NCBI RefSeq assembly: GCF_964204645.1
Contig: NC_134028.1
Coordinates: 16,251,653 to 16,315,652 of the forward strand
Direction of reading: 5' to 3'
Length of the DNA stretch: 64,000 nt
Source: Tubulanus polymorphus
Taxonomy: Eukaryota > Animalia > Nemertea
In this document: positions 13,746 to 26,550 of the stretch, piece after piece
Position numbering within the stretch: the stretch's first letter is position 1
Layout: the number at the start of each line of letters is the position of its first letter
Notes under the pieces: generated by a model
Told to the model about the DNA's origin: nothing
The model's input: only the letters and a program-made list of their open reading frames with translations
The model's database searches: none
Program-made: the position numbers and the translations under genes

Positions 13746-15002
13746 TCATCGTTTTCTCGCGTTATTTTAGTTTTGGTCGTTTTGTCGTAATGTCACCCTC
13801 ATTTGCATATTCGTGTTATTTTATCTTATCAGCCTCCATACTAAAGCCTTAAGGTCGCGTAAAACTCGATAAACACTTCAAGCGACACAGCGAACGATCT
13901 CCTTTCCCCCACAGCGAACGCTTACTCCGAATGTCAAGTGTGAGTCCAGCATACGGATAGGAGTGTGTTATATACTTGTATTTAGTAAATACCTTGTGGA
14001 TTTGACAGTGATCGGTATGTACTGTAGGAAATATAGAGTATTGATGGTACTGATATAGAGGTTGAAGCCCGCGGCCGAATAAAGTAATATATTCTTTTAT
14101 TTTGATACCTCGTCGACATAACAGCTTTTCTCCGCTATATCTCTTCGGCGTGTTTAGTTTAGGCCTACGACTCCCTGGTACACTTATGATTTATCTTAGT
14201 AAATACACGGTTAATTCGGTAATGAAAAATAGGTATTGCTAAACTAACTGCTTGACGCCCGCAGACAAATCACTGGTAGTTATAAATTAATTTGTACTCG
14301 ATTTGATTCTCATGATGAGGAGAAACTCGCAGCTGATCCCCGGAACGACGATGTAGTGACACACGTCGATTTGTCGATGTTTACGGCTCGACAGTGCTTT
14401 TAAAATCTAAAGTAGTAAATTTCCTGTGTATCGGTAATATGATTTGATGAGGAAATTGGGCTATTGTTAAAATTAGTTTTTAAAAACCGCGACAGAATGT
14501 GCAATCTTTGGGTAATAAATTTGTTAATTTATGCTTGAATTGATAATCGACGTGACAAGAAACGTGCGGTAGATTTCGGAAAGACGACTTAGAAAAACAT
14601 GTCGGCTCTTTGAATGGGGCTCAATTTTCGATGTTTACGGCCCGACAGTGCTTTTGTAACGTTGATTCTTCAAAATTCGCACGGAGTATTTGTAGATTGA
14701 AGTGAGCTGAATGATATCAGACGGATTGTATCGGCAACAGCGGTAATGTTAAAAAGCCTATGTACTTTTGACAAAAAAAGTGTGGAAAATAATAATAATA
14801 TTAATAATAATATTAATAAGAAACACGCGAATCTCAATAGGGTTTTCTGTGATGTAACAGAAAACCCTAATTAATGAATTAAAAACTTCATTTCTATATG
14901 TAATATCTTTATTAAAATCTATTGCAGGAATATTATATTTAATTGATTTATTATATTGAAAAGCTTTTAGAAAACTTATCTACCCTTTATATAATAAAAA
15001 AA

Positions 15003-15436
15003 TTAATAATTTATTAATTCTTTTAATAATTTAACTTGTTCTTCAACTGTTATATGACCATTTAAACTTATTATATAATCTAGTGTATTTTTCACTTATT
15101 TATTTCTTTTGTATTAGTTTTAATTTTTTCTTTATTACTTTTTATATTTAATTTTGAACTTATACCGGTTAAAACACTTGAACTTAAACCTAACATACCA
15201 ATTGATATAGCTAAAGGTGTTTATGGACTGAATATTGCTAGAAATGTTATTACAAAACTAATTGTAACCGAACCACTGATAATAAAATAATATATGATTT
15301 TACTTTTTAAATATTTTTTCTTTTTTATCTTTAAGTCACTTTCAAATTCTAATATTTGTTTTTCTAAATATATTTTTAATTTAGTTTTATTTATATCATG
15401 AGGAATAATATCAATATTATCAACTTTATCATCCAT
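15003..15436 (-). pseudogene. Two-TM coiled-coil membrane protein (copy A)
   Basis: Homolog of intact 41538..41963; internal stop at 15221. Confidence 0.75.
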
Positions 15437-15454
15437 TTATTTAGCAAAAAATAA

Positions 15455-15873
15455 TTAGTAAATTTATATGCTACAAATATAACAATAACTGTTCCACCTA
15501 AAATCCATATTATTTCATATTTCTGGTGTTCTTTACTTGGGGTATAATAATCTGATAATTTAGGTTTGTATAGATGTAATTTTTCTTTATTGGTTACTGC
15601 GTTATATAAACTCATTGCATCATCAACTGATTGAAAATCTCTATGTGAAATCTTCTGACCATATAATTCTTTGTTAATATAATCCATATAGTTTTGTCTT
15701 TTTTCTCTATATTCTTCTGCAGCTTTATTATATTTTTCTAACGCTAAGTTTGGTCTTTTTTGTTCTGTTAATGATCCATTTTTATCAATATGCTTAAATA
15801 AATATCCACCACCAGTAAATGCTAAAGCGTTAACAATTGCTGATCCTATAATAGTTATAACTGCAGAAGCCAT
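15455..15873 (-). CDS. Small protein with hydrophobic N- and C-termini (copy A)
   Basis: MASAVITIIGSAIVNALAFTGGGYLF; homolog 41984..42406; native stop appears lost here. Confidence 0.75.
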
Positions 15874-15897
15874 TTATTTAGTAAAATAATTACACAT

Positions 15898-16460
15898 TTA
15901 TATGGTAGGAATATATTTTTGTTTTTCCAAATAATCAATAGTTAAATTAGTTAAAGTAACTGCTAATGTTAATTTTGAAATATCATTTATATCAAATCTA
16001 TCAACATTAACACTTCCCATTTTAAATACTTTTTTTAATACCATTGAATTACCAACAGTTCCAACTGATAGTAATGCTCCATTATATAATGCAGTTATTA
16101 TCCACTTATTATCACTCATTTGTTTATCAAAAAAATTACTATCTTCAAAATATTTAGTTATCTTATTTATGATTAATTCAACATTTATTTCATTACTACT
16201 TTTATGATTATCATATATTTTAGATAATATGTTTTTAATATCATCAATTATTCCATCTTCATTTAATTCATAATATTCTAAAGGTGTTTTAATTAAATCA
16301 ATTACTTTTTCTATATTATAATTTTCTTTATTAATCATTGATGCATTGTTAAATGATTTACGTTTAATATCAGTAATTACATCATTAAGTTTAATTCTCA
16401 TTTCTTTACCATGTTTAAAATAAACCCAAAACATATACTCGGTCCAACAGTTATATTCAT
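15898..16460 (-). CDS. Hypothetical protein with conserved hydrophobic C-terminal domain (copy A)
   Basis: ORF 15898..16434; likely native TAAATG start at 16460 (frameshifted); 3' part homologous to 42431-42840. Confidence 0.65.
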
Positions 16461-16477
16461 TTATATAGTGAAAAAAA

Positions 16478-17239
16478 TTACTCTCTACATCTTATAACTA
16501 ATTCATATATCACAGGAAAGTTATTCAAATCAATAAATATCCATTATGATTTCTAATTTCTAATCTAAAATTATTAAATTGAGGAATGCATGGTTTGAAA
16601 TCACATTCTGTTAAATTATAATTTATTTGCGTTCCAAATTCTTTTACATTCTTCAATGGTAAAATGTTCAATAAACCAGAATTACAAGTTATATCTTTAG
16701 TTGCTTCGAATGTTTTTGTAGGATCAATTAAATTGCAATAAATATAAAAATGCGTGTAAGGTATTAAGTTTGGTGTAGCAGCATCAATATTGTTAAAAGA
16801 TCTATCTGAAAGAATTCCTAACGGTTTAGCTATAGGTTTTTTTTACCATAAATGTATGTGTTTTACTATTAGACAACCTTATCTTTATTCTATCAGAACT
16901 ATCACTTTTTAAAAATCTAATACTAAACCCGGAATTACTACCTAATTTGTGCCAGGCTTTTCTATTAATTTCTTGTGCCAATGTATCTAAATCATATAAC
17001 CCCGGTTTTAAATATATATAAGACCATTCATTTTTACCTTTATCAGAAATTAAAAAGGCTCTATGTTCAATAGTTCTATTCGATATATTGTAAAATGAGT
17101 TACATAAACTTATATTTACTAATTTTAAATCTACACAATTCTTAAATTCTCTATCTAATTGTACTAGTAAATTATGTGATTTATAATTTGTAAGTCTTCT
17201 AGAATCAACAAATATTCTATATTCTTTTAATTCTACCAT
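16478..17239 (-). pseudogene. Putative minor capsid (penton, single jelly-roll) protein
   Basis: IFVDSR...NSFYNIS...LKPGLYDL, then after a frameshift FYIYCNLID...LLNILPL...FRLEIRNHNG...NNFPVIYELVI; pattern typical of Polinton/PLV pentons. Confidence 0.7.
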
Positions 17240-17256
17240 TTATTTTACATATTTTC

Positions 17257-17604
17257 CTATTCGAAATCTATTTCATGGTGCCCTTTTTCATTCTTACCTT
17301 TGAAATAGAAATCTCCAGAACATAATTCTTCTAAATCTTCGCTTGATAATCTATGAAATCTATCCGGTAAATATGTTCTGAATTTATGTGTATTTCCTTT
17401 TAATCCTTCATATTCTAAGTGAATAACTAATTTATCTCCATATTTGTTAGTAACTGTATCAATATTTGTAATTAGATATTTCTTATGGATTGTTAATTCG
17501 TTTAACTTCTTAAACTTATAATCTACTGATTTGACATTTGAAGTATTTTCTATTCTATCTAGAAATAATTTGTTGTTCTCACTGTGTGCTTGTTTACTCT
17601 CCAT
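17257..17604 (-). CDS. Putative OB-fold ssDNA-binding protein
   Basis: FKKLNEL...YLITNIDTVTNKYGDKLVIHL...YLPDRF; intact 115-aa ORF immediately downstream of polB. Function is inferred. Confidence 0.55.
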   Translation of the reverse strand: MESKQAHSENNKLFLDRIENTSNVKSVDYKFKKLNELTIHKKYLITNIDTVTNKYGDKLVIHLEYEGLKGNTHKFRTYLPDRFHRLSSEDLEELCSGDFYFKGKNEKGHHEIDFE

Positions 17605-17802
17605 TTATAATACATTTTTTAATTAAAATTTGATTAACACGTTAGAATTCTGTTCATTATTTCCTTCTCTTTTGTTTCTTCTCTTTTAAATTTTAAGTAT
17701 TCATCTAAATTACAACCATAAGCAACTGTATGAATTCCATCATCTAAAATATATCTTTTATCATCAAATGGGTTTAGACTTATCTTTTCTATCTCTTCTA
17801 AA

Positions 17803-18438
17803 TTTGGTCCCAGGAAAACCAAGTAAGGCGTGGTACTACTGTACATCAGCTGTCGACTTATTTTTCTCTGGTTGAATCAAGTTATTACTGAAATAGCGTT
17901 CGTTTTATTTTATTTTCTAAAATTGTGTCGTTTAGCTATCCCTGCTGCAAATTTCACAGTTGAAGTTCACTGGTGGCAGCTGATTGCATGAAATATAATC
18001 ACTGCTGCTACAAGAAGTCTTTTCTCGGTATCTGCATGTCGATCTTAGCAAATCAACTTGAAATCTCCTAATCATATTTTATATACATTGAAATGTTCAA
18101 ATACGATTTTTTCGTCTTGTAGAAGTAAACCACATTCTTGGAATATTGAGCATAGTGTTTGAAGTTGGCTTGTGCGGTTGTGATTGGGTTTTGATACATA
18201 CTGTTTATGCATGTCTCTATAACCAAAAATTAGGTAGAGACAAAAGCAAAGGTTCAGGACTCGGCAGCGGTCCCGGCCCGGAAAAAATTCAAAACGTGTA
18301 TTGGCGGTTCCTAGCACGATTTCAGCGTTTTTCGGGAATTCCCTGAAATTTCAGCGTTTTTCGGAAATTCCCTGAAATTTCAGCGTTTTCTTTTCGGCAT
18401 TTCAGCGTTTCAGCTTTTTCAGCGAAGTTCAGGTACCG
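17803..18438. mobile_element. Unclassified insertion replacing the polB core
   Basis: Higher-GC block with repeated AATTCCCTGAAATTTCAGCGTTTT; absent from copy B; flanked by polB sequence. Confidence 0.55.
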
Positions 18439-18835
18439 ATAATTCTCAGATGTTTTAGCTAACATTTTAAATCTTTTGATCTATTTGAATTTAATCTTTC
18501 TATTTCATTATTGATTTCTTCAATTTTATGACATAACTGCTTGATAAATAAATGAGCATCATACCCTGATAAATTGTGAAACATAACTGGAACAAAATTT
18601 TTTTTTAGCTTGCAAGTTACAATTCTCATGCGCTGCACCTCTAAATTTACCATTCAAATGATCATGGTCTCTAACTTTTTTATCTTTAAGATTCAATAGT
18701 TTTTCACTATAATAACATTTATCTGATAAATCAAATTCTTCTTTATCTTTTTCTGCCATTATAATTTCTATATTTCTATTCAACTTTTCATTAAATTTTA
18801 TTTCATACTCAATTAACAAGTCACAAAAATGATTG

Positions 18836-19079
18836 TGTTGGTGAACGACTGTAATGGTACTGTGATCCTCTGGTTATTGGTAAGAGACAACGTAACAAGA
18901 CCTGGTTCCTGTATACTGACTGCCTGGGAACATTTATTCGGAGCTTATATACAACAATTATGAAAGAGAGGATTATTTTGACATTTGAATGGTTTTGAGT
19001 TTGAACAGTTTTGGTTGATTTGGTACATGTAATATAATAGTATAGTACTGTAATATAAGCGTATATACAATTCCCGACA
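18836..19079 (-). mobile_element. Solo LTR with 5-bp TSD (GATTG)
   Basis: TGTTGG...CCGACA ends; GATTG on both sides; empty site in copy B at ~44680; TATATAA and AATAAA on the minus strand. Confidence 0.85.
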
Positions 19080-19432
19080 GATTGATAACATTTTCATTTC
19101 TATAATGATAATATTCACTTTTAATTAGTTCTGGATAATCAGATCTTATATATAATCCAAAAGCTGCAGCACTCTGATTAATCTTTTTGATAGTATTTGT
19201 TATTAGAGGATCTGAATAATCAATTACATCATTTTCATTAGAATTTAATTTCTTTCTTTTATGACATATTTCTTTTCTATCTTGATCAGTTAATTCCTTA
19301 TTTAGTGATTCAAAATCTCCATTACAAATGGTACTTTATTCTTGTAATCATATTGAAATATATGAATTCTAATATCTTATCTTTTTCATTTGGTAAAATC
19401 ATTTTACAATAATCATGATTTTCACATAATTG

Positions 19433-20290
19433 AAAGGCTGAATCCAAGAACATGTCCATCGCACTTTTGAGCCCAAACGTCTACTTTTCCTTAGAGAACT
19501 GAGAACAATAAGCAATTAACGATATCGGCTACAATTGAAAAGTGACCATTTTGAAACATCTGGTTTCGATAGCGCACACTAGCAGTAGAGGTGACTGTAA
19601 AACCACCCGCCTGTTAACAGTGACTTTGTGATAGTAACTCCTACCATAGCAGCTACTCTCAAAACACATCGTTTCTTAAAGTCAACTATTGAAAAGTGAC
19701 CATTTTGAGATCGCTTGCCAGATTCCCTGTTATAAATACACTGTAGCAACATATGCTTCAGATTTGCAGTGATACGTGATAATATAAACATACGGAAAAC
19801 TCTAATCACGCTATAGTTTGGGGTATAGTTCTATTTAGAGTGACTCAGTTAAGTTCTGAAGATATTGTAGATACTCTTTGAATGTGAAATGTAATGAGCG
19901 ATTCCCAACAAACCAATAAAAGTCGAGATTGGAGTTAAATTTGTTTACAAATTGTCACTAGTTTTGTAGTTTTAAGATAAATCAAAATTTCCTTCTTTTC
20001 ATTGCGATATAATTGAATAAAGAATTCAATTTGAACAAATGCAGCTATTTTCAAGCATAGGTCTGCATTTATTTTTGATTTAAATTCTTAGATTAAAAGC
20101 GCAATCATAAATTTAGGCTAACCTCTCATTATTGAAATGGTGGTTTATTTTCAACGGGGGCCTGGATGTCTTTGCATCTTAAATTAAGATGTGCATTTCG
20201 GAGTGTTCGAATTTCCCTGAATTCTAATTTCGCGAAATCATTGATTTTTTTAAACAAAATATGCTATAAAATGTACTTGTTAAAGTTGTA
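19433..20290. mobile_element. Unclassified insertion in polB N-terminal region
   Basis: Non-viral composition; absent from copy B, where ~330 bp of polB occupies this position. Right boundary approximate. Confidence 0.55.
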
Positions 20291-21326
20291 CTATTAAATG
20301 GTTTATAATGTGTTAATCTATAAGTATGTTGATTATAATCTTCAACTGGATGAAAACAACTTATAATTGCCCATAGAAAACATTTATCATCTTCATTTTG
20401 TACATTTATAACAGCATTAGTTTTAAATGGTAATTTGATATAACTTGATCCATTTATATTATCATCTTTATAATATGATAAATTATTTTCATCAATTGGT
20501 TTCGATTTAGTTAATTTATTATATCGTACACATGTAAAGTCATAAATATTATTTCATCAAATATTAAACCAGACCCTTCAAAGTATTTTTCTCTTCTATT
20601 TTATTTTTTACTTCATTATAACATTTATTTAATTTATCATCTATATGTTGTTTGGATATAATATGTTGTGAATAAGAATTTATATTATATATTGGTTTAT
20701 CTTCAGATTTTAATAATCTTACTTTAACTGATATACTAATTTTAGGATATTCTACGTCTGTAATTATTCTTATAATATTTTTCATATTTTCTAAATGTTT
20801 TTTATTTTCTTCTAGTGTCTTGCCTTTGTAAAATTTAAATTCAATAGCAGCTGGTCCAATATCACTTTTGAATGCTTCGATTATTTCAATATCTTTTTTA
20901 TTATCTAATGAATTAATATAATTTCTTACATCTTCCATGTATGGTCTTTTATTGTTTAATTTTTTCTTTATTCTTTATGATCTGTTTCTTATCATTATCT
21001 TTATCAAAATAATCTTCACCTAAAATATCATTATTTATATTTCTAATATGATTTTTAGATTTTAAATGTTCTTTATAATATCTTTTGTTACTGAATGATT
21101 GATTACATGTATCACATTAATATATTTCTTTTTCATTCTTTAATTCATCTAATTTAGTTTCTAATATATCATCTTCATATTCTAATTTCAATTTATTTTC
21201 TAAGTGAGATTTATTATGTCTTGCTTTTTAAGATTTATCTATATTGATTTTATATGTTGGACAGTTGTACTATTTGCTTCCATTTTAATAACAAATTTTT
21301 TATTAAAATTTATATAAGATTTTGTA

Positions 21327-21680
21327 TTATTCGAAATCTATTTCATGGTGCCCATTTTCATTCTTACCTTTCTATATGAAATAGAAATCACCTGAATATA
21401 ATTCTTCTAGCTCTTCACTTGATAATCTATGAAATCTATCTGGTAGATATGTTCTGAATTTATATTCATTTCCTTTTAATCCTTCATATTCTAAGTGAAT
21501 TACTAATTAACTACCATATCTATTAGTAACTGTTTCAATATTAGTAATTAAATATTTCTTATGCAATGTTAGTTCGTTTAACTTCTTAAATTTATAATAC
21601 ACAGATTTGATATTTGTAGTATCTTTAATTCTATTTAATAATGATTTGTTTTTCTCACTGTGTACTTGTTTACTTTCCAT
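21327..21680 (-). pseudogene. Second copy of the putative SSB gene, upstream of polB
   Basis: Paralog of 17257..17604 (YKFKKLNELT, FRTYLPDRFHRLSSE, HHEIDFE) with an in-frame stop. Confidence 0.8.
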
Positions 21681-21760
21681 TTTAATAACATATTTTTTAT
21701 CAAAATTGATTTTAGAAGTTATTCATTTATATATGTTATTCATTTATATGAATATTATTA

Positions 21761-21908
21761 GAGTAATTGTATATATCTTGGTTCAGGTCAAAGGTTGAGT
21801 CGAGTGAGTAGAAAATGAAAAATAAATTTGAGCGTGCGAGAATTTATTTTTCATTTTCTACTCACTCGACTCAACCTTTGACCTGAACCAAGATATATAC
21901 AATTACTC
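21761..21908. repeat. Terminal fold-back palindrome of copy A
   Basis: Perfect 68-bp arms at 21761-21828 and 21841-21908 with a 12-nt loop TGAGCGTGCGAG. Confidence 0.95.
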
Positions 21909-23902
21909 ACACTGAAAAATAAGTTAATCATAACGATAAAAATGAACCATCAGTAAATTTCATTAATTAGTGTATTTAACTCGTTTTTTAACCGAATTTG
22001 GTGATTGGATGATTTGGTGATTCATTGATTCGGTAACACGCGGGTTCTTAGAAACTATTCGGTGATCCTCAAACTTACACTCGTTTTAATTACAGTGGGG
22101 GCTTTTTCCGATTTTCCAGATGGACTAACGGACCATGGAAAAAACAGAGTAGCTTAGGTACAAGCTCTATTAAATGAATGGATTGATGGATGAATGAACT
22201 TATTTTACATTTTAAATTACACTAAAATAGAAAAAATGACAGGTCTTCGTGTGAGTTGTTTTACAATATTAACTAAATACAGATAAGTTCTCTGAAACCG
22301 GGCCCATATGTCTTTCAGACTTGTCAGGTCAAATCCAGCTTCTCCCGCATCGATGACTTAATTTTGATTAGAATGAGTTTTCTTACTCAACAGTTTGAGG
22401 CGACGGAACTATTTCCTCGAGATGCCTCCATCCAGTGAGAACGGATGAACTACAAGACTAAATTGTTCACTGTAGTGAATATGAGTTTAAAATTTATTTC
22501 ATACGTCAGATACAATACAGTTTCCATGTATCATTTATGCAATAACATTAACTCTAAATACAACAAATAATTTATGAATAGTATACACGGTTTGTACACA
22601 ATTCCACAGTGCGTGGGACTGCACTGCCACGGCTGGTCAAGAAAGATCTTGAAACAGAGTCTAATTTGATCGAAGAAAGCATAATATACATGATCAATTC
22701 AGAGGCGATTCATACCTGTACTTGTATACCCCTCCTTTCTATGTCGGAAAGTAGACCATGGTTACAGCAGATTAAATAGAAAACGGTCTATTCGTCAGAA
22801 TTTGGATATCATCTTGACGATAGTCTTACGCCAGTCATATAAATCATATCTGGCGAGCAGCTAATCTATCTGCGCTCTTAGTGCAATTCGACAATTGCAC
22901 AAAACTCGACAAGGCAGCAGCTTCCTTGTTGGTTACCTCCAGGCCTTACCATGATAACTGCCTAAATTCGATGTTCAGTTCGATGTTTGAAGAGGAATTC
23001 GAAGACGTACTCTTTCCGGAATACTGCTATTAATCACCTCTGTACATTTCAACTTAATATTTATTCTCCACATGTTCTAAATTACTATCTTATCCGATCA
23101 TCTGTATTTATAATGATGTTTAGAGCACTGATTTAACCCTCAACGCATTCTGAAATACTATTTCATACATCGATATATCAAAAAAACTCTGGACGAAGCA
23201 TAGGTAGGTAGATAGTCATTGTCATATCGTGGAATCACGGATTTGCGGAATTTTCCAGAAACACGGAATTTCTTTTTTTCAGTATTAATAGTAACCGGGT
23301 TTGTCCACGGGCACCGGGCACACCGGGTGCATGTTTTCATTACCGGTACCCGATAAGCCTGTGTGATAATCTATTTCTATCGCCACCCAACAAATTAACG
23401 ATACTTTCCAGCGAGAAAATGGAGAACCAACGTCGGGAATTAATCTATTAACGTTGACTTCTGACCCCACAGTGACTTGTGTATCGGGCTTGTAACCAAG
23501 ACGGTGCATCGGGTGAGACCGCATCTAAGAGTACTGCGTTTGTCACCACTAATAAGCCTTTAAATAGTTTAATTAATGCCGATGTAAAAACGATGGTTTT
23601 TTGGACTGCACTGTCTGACTGGTCGTAGCATGCCCAAACTGAAGATTACAATTAAGTGATCGATGTCAGACGAAAATAAATAATTGCTTTGGATTTTTAT
23701 GCGTGTCGTGCATCTTAATTGCGAATGCGCTGTATATAGAAAAACAAATTAAAGTTGAATGGATACTAAAGATTACTAGAGGACCAAAGGTCCTGCGCTC
23801 TCCAGGCACAGTTTTTAAAAATAATATCAATGAAAACATATACACGTTGTTCATTCTACTACTCTTTTAATTATGCAGATCTGTTCGCTTTAACAACTGC
23901 CC

Positions 23903-24000
23903 TGGATCCAGTTCCACAGTTGTGAGTTAGAATTAACTGAGTTAAAATCAGTTCATTTTCAATGTTTTAACTCGGAGTCAAATCTTAACTCGGAACTGGG
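23903..24000. mobile_element. MITE-like element, second copy
   Basis: CCAGTTCC...GGAACTGG ends; homologous to 153-259. Confidence 0.55.
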
Positions 24001-26417
24001 TATACGGCACTACGGTGAGACTGGGCGCCTTAGACAGTGGTAGTGGTAGGAGGCCAGGAACAAATACGTCAGATCGATTATGGCCTGTTATAGTACAAAA
24101 AGATTGACTGAGCAATGTGTATCACTTTCAAGGACGTTTTGATAATAATTGGACGGATAATAACTTAAAATGGAAATATATGATCAAGTTTTTTTCATTC
24201 AAAAAAACTTATTTCACTGCATGATAAACGAGCGTATTCATAACACGTGCGACAATATGAGCCTTAGCCGAATGTTGCTACGCAATACGTCTGCGGTAAA
24301 TGAATAAACGCACGCCACACTGCCATACAACTCGGCGATAATTTCGGTCTAACTGTAAAAATTAAAGGCTTTCAAGGACATTGTCTGCCAACCTTTCGAA
24401 TATAAACACTCCCAGTGACTTTCCCAGCACAAAACAAGGAATTCTTCAAGACCGCTACGGTAACGACGCTTGGTGCAACGTGCCCGTTCACACCAAGTGA
24501 TTGTTTTCAATTCACCTTGTAAAATAAATCTATCCGAACGAATTATCGATAAAATATTATGTAAAAATCTTCTTGATATTATTGTGATCAACTTCTATCA
24601 CCATTCAACCCAATATAATGTGAAATAATCTTGAACACAAAGTTTCCAGATCTATTTTTGCAGCGTATTTAACTCCATTAATCGGATCTTTCGACAATTC
24701 AATGACTGTTAAAATGGCGTGCTTTGGTTCGCGGTAAACAAACACGACACGAAGCCGACACGCTCGTAATAGATCCCTCGTTCCTCGAGAGCTAATGAAA
24801 TGGTTTCTTTTTTGAATACGGTTATTTGTGTAGAGAACGCTTTTACAAAGTTGCTTCTCCGTGTTGACTCCTTGAGGCTAAACAACGTATAATCGGTACT
24901 AGATGGCGGTTTCTATCAAGAGAATTTCTAGGGAACTGGTGTTTAGTCATAGCACATTTTACGTGTGCAGCCATCTGGAACTTCGGTTCAACCTGTGCCG
25001 ACTCCCCGGACTGATAACATTTGGTTCTACTTAGTTCGCAAAAGTCGATTAACTTCATTAAACGATGTTCGCCCTGGAGCCGATCTCTTTTTCCGACTAG
25101 ATTGTGAATGCTGCTGGTAACTGGCAGCCAGTGAACGGTATCATGAAACAATGGCAGACAATGTCCGTGCAAGTGGGATTCGAAGCTAACTCAGTGCATC
25201 GATTGGTCTAGTACCTTGTCCGACACTGGGTATCCCCGTGGCAAATTTTTTTCACACCAGGTCCACCATTTTGTTTGAACATTTGACAGGCTATTACGTG
25301 ATCTAAACATGTAAAAAAATAACTTATTCAAGTACGCAGCAGCCGGTTCCGACAACCATATGGCCAAAAATGTGCTTCTGTGCCACCAGACTTCAGCACA
25401 ATCTATACAATTTATTACAATTGCTAAACAATCAAGCCCAATCCCAGGCTTTTCACACAGTCAAAGAAGGAACCGGGTATTTAAAAAAAGATGATGCGAA
25501 ATGAGATAGCATGAATAATTAGATTGACAGGGTTAGCCTATTGACATGTGAAGAGAAAAAATGATTATATCGAAATCTTACACCAAAATACATACAGAGA
25601 CTCAATTATATTTTGATAATACAACAATTATGAAGAGCAAGATTCAAATGATTAATGCATTATATAATATAGGCTTACAGCAGTTTAGTCGGTAAAACTA
25701 ACAGATACAGATTTGTCACTAAAGTTTGGGACTTAAAAAAAATACAACCGCACGTGATTCGAACAGCACCGACATAACAGAGCAACGCACCTGAGCCAAA
25801 GCCGAACTGCCTCATCCATACGTGTTACACTATCTATAGGCTTATCATAACTCAATCCCCGATCCTTTACCCTACCCTTCTGGACCTTCTACAAATACCC
25901 TTACCATCTGGACCCAATAGGGCCTAACCCACGACTCTGCATATCTGCGGTCGGAGAGGGCGCCATTTTGTTTTCGTTTCATCATTCATGGACATGTAAA
26001 CCGGGATTAGGTAACGCATGCGCAACAAAAACTAACGTGGTGTGAAAAGAAATTCGCATTCCGGGGGGAAAACCGGTTTATGATGATAGTGAAGTTGAAG
26101 AAACTCAGTGTTTTGGAACATTCTGCGTATCCCGGATATGACAACAACGATAAACAGTCTATTCTCCTCATTTAACTTTAGTCGCTGCCCCTTGATTTCT
26201 ATGCGGCAAAATGAGGTCTGCACCGATAAAGTCAGAGTGGATTGCTTCGAGAATACCATAATCGGGTCAGCACGGCGCGTTTTAGTAACTATTTTCTTTC
26301 CTGGTTCATCGGCAATGATCTTTATTTTCAATTTCTATAATTCCCTTCAGTTCGAATGTGAAAGAAACAATAATACAAAAAAGTATGTTATAGCTGCTTT
26401 GAAGCGACATTGAGTGA

Positions 26418-26550
26418 TTATTTTTTCTTTAAAAATGGTTGGAGAGCATTTGCAAGTAGATTTTTATAATGATCTGATCTCAAGAATCGTTGATAGCTGT
26501 CCCTTTTCATCAAAGCGAACACGTGTGCTTGTGCTGCATCAAATGTGTAT
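26418..26550 (-). CDS. Host-like exon encoding the C-terminal part of an RGS domain (R7/EGL-10-like)
   Basis: Acceptor TTGATTTCAG then [32 protein letters not shown]; no other RGS exons recognised in the window. Confidence 0.8.

Larger units (their letters stand above)
12418..14870 (-). mobile_element. Non-autonomous Helentron/Helitron2-type element (HINE-like)
   Basis: On the minus strand: 5' TAGGGTTTTCTG...CAGAAAACCCTA inverted repeat, (TTA)n microsatellite, 3' GAAAACCC subTIR, GCTGC-TTT-GCAGC stem-loop, then TATATTT. Absent from the orthologous site in copy B; no clear TSD. Confidence 0.75.
11199..14986 (-). pseudogene. Conserved ~440-aa protein with C-terminal TM anchor (copy A), interrupted by Helentron-type element
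   Basis: WQNQLNFAVYCATTGCGISW; matches 40187..41521 on both sides of the 12418-14870 insert. Confidence 0.8.
17634..21283 (-). pseudogene. Protein-primed family B DNA polymerase (copy A), largely deleted and interrupted
   Basis: N-terminal zinc fingers, DDKCFLWAI, VRDHDHLNGKFRGAAHENCNL, FHNLSGYDAHL and C-terminal KISLNPFDDKRYILDDGIHTVAYG. Confidence 0.9.
2221..21908. mobile_element. Polinton/Maverick-like endogenous virus, copy A (decayed, several nested insertions)
   Basis: Integrase, ATPase, capsid-like and pPolB genes colinear with copy B; 2221-2325 is an imperfect inverted repeat of ~21702-21800; right end is a hairpin ending ...ATTACT. No TSD found. Confidence 0.92.

Noticed and set aside
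24349-26413. ORFs 24349..24591, 24843..25172, 26032..26331, 26108..26413 as genes
   Set aside because: No recognisable motifs, partly overlapping dispersed repeats; small exons cannot be excluded.
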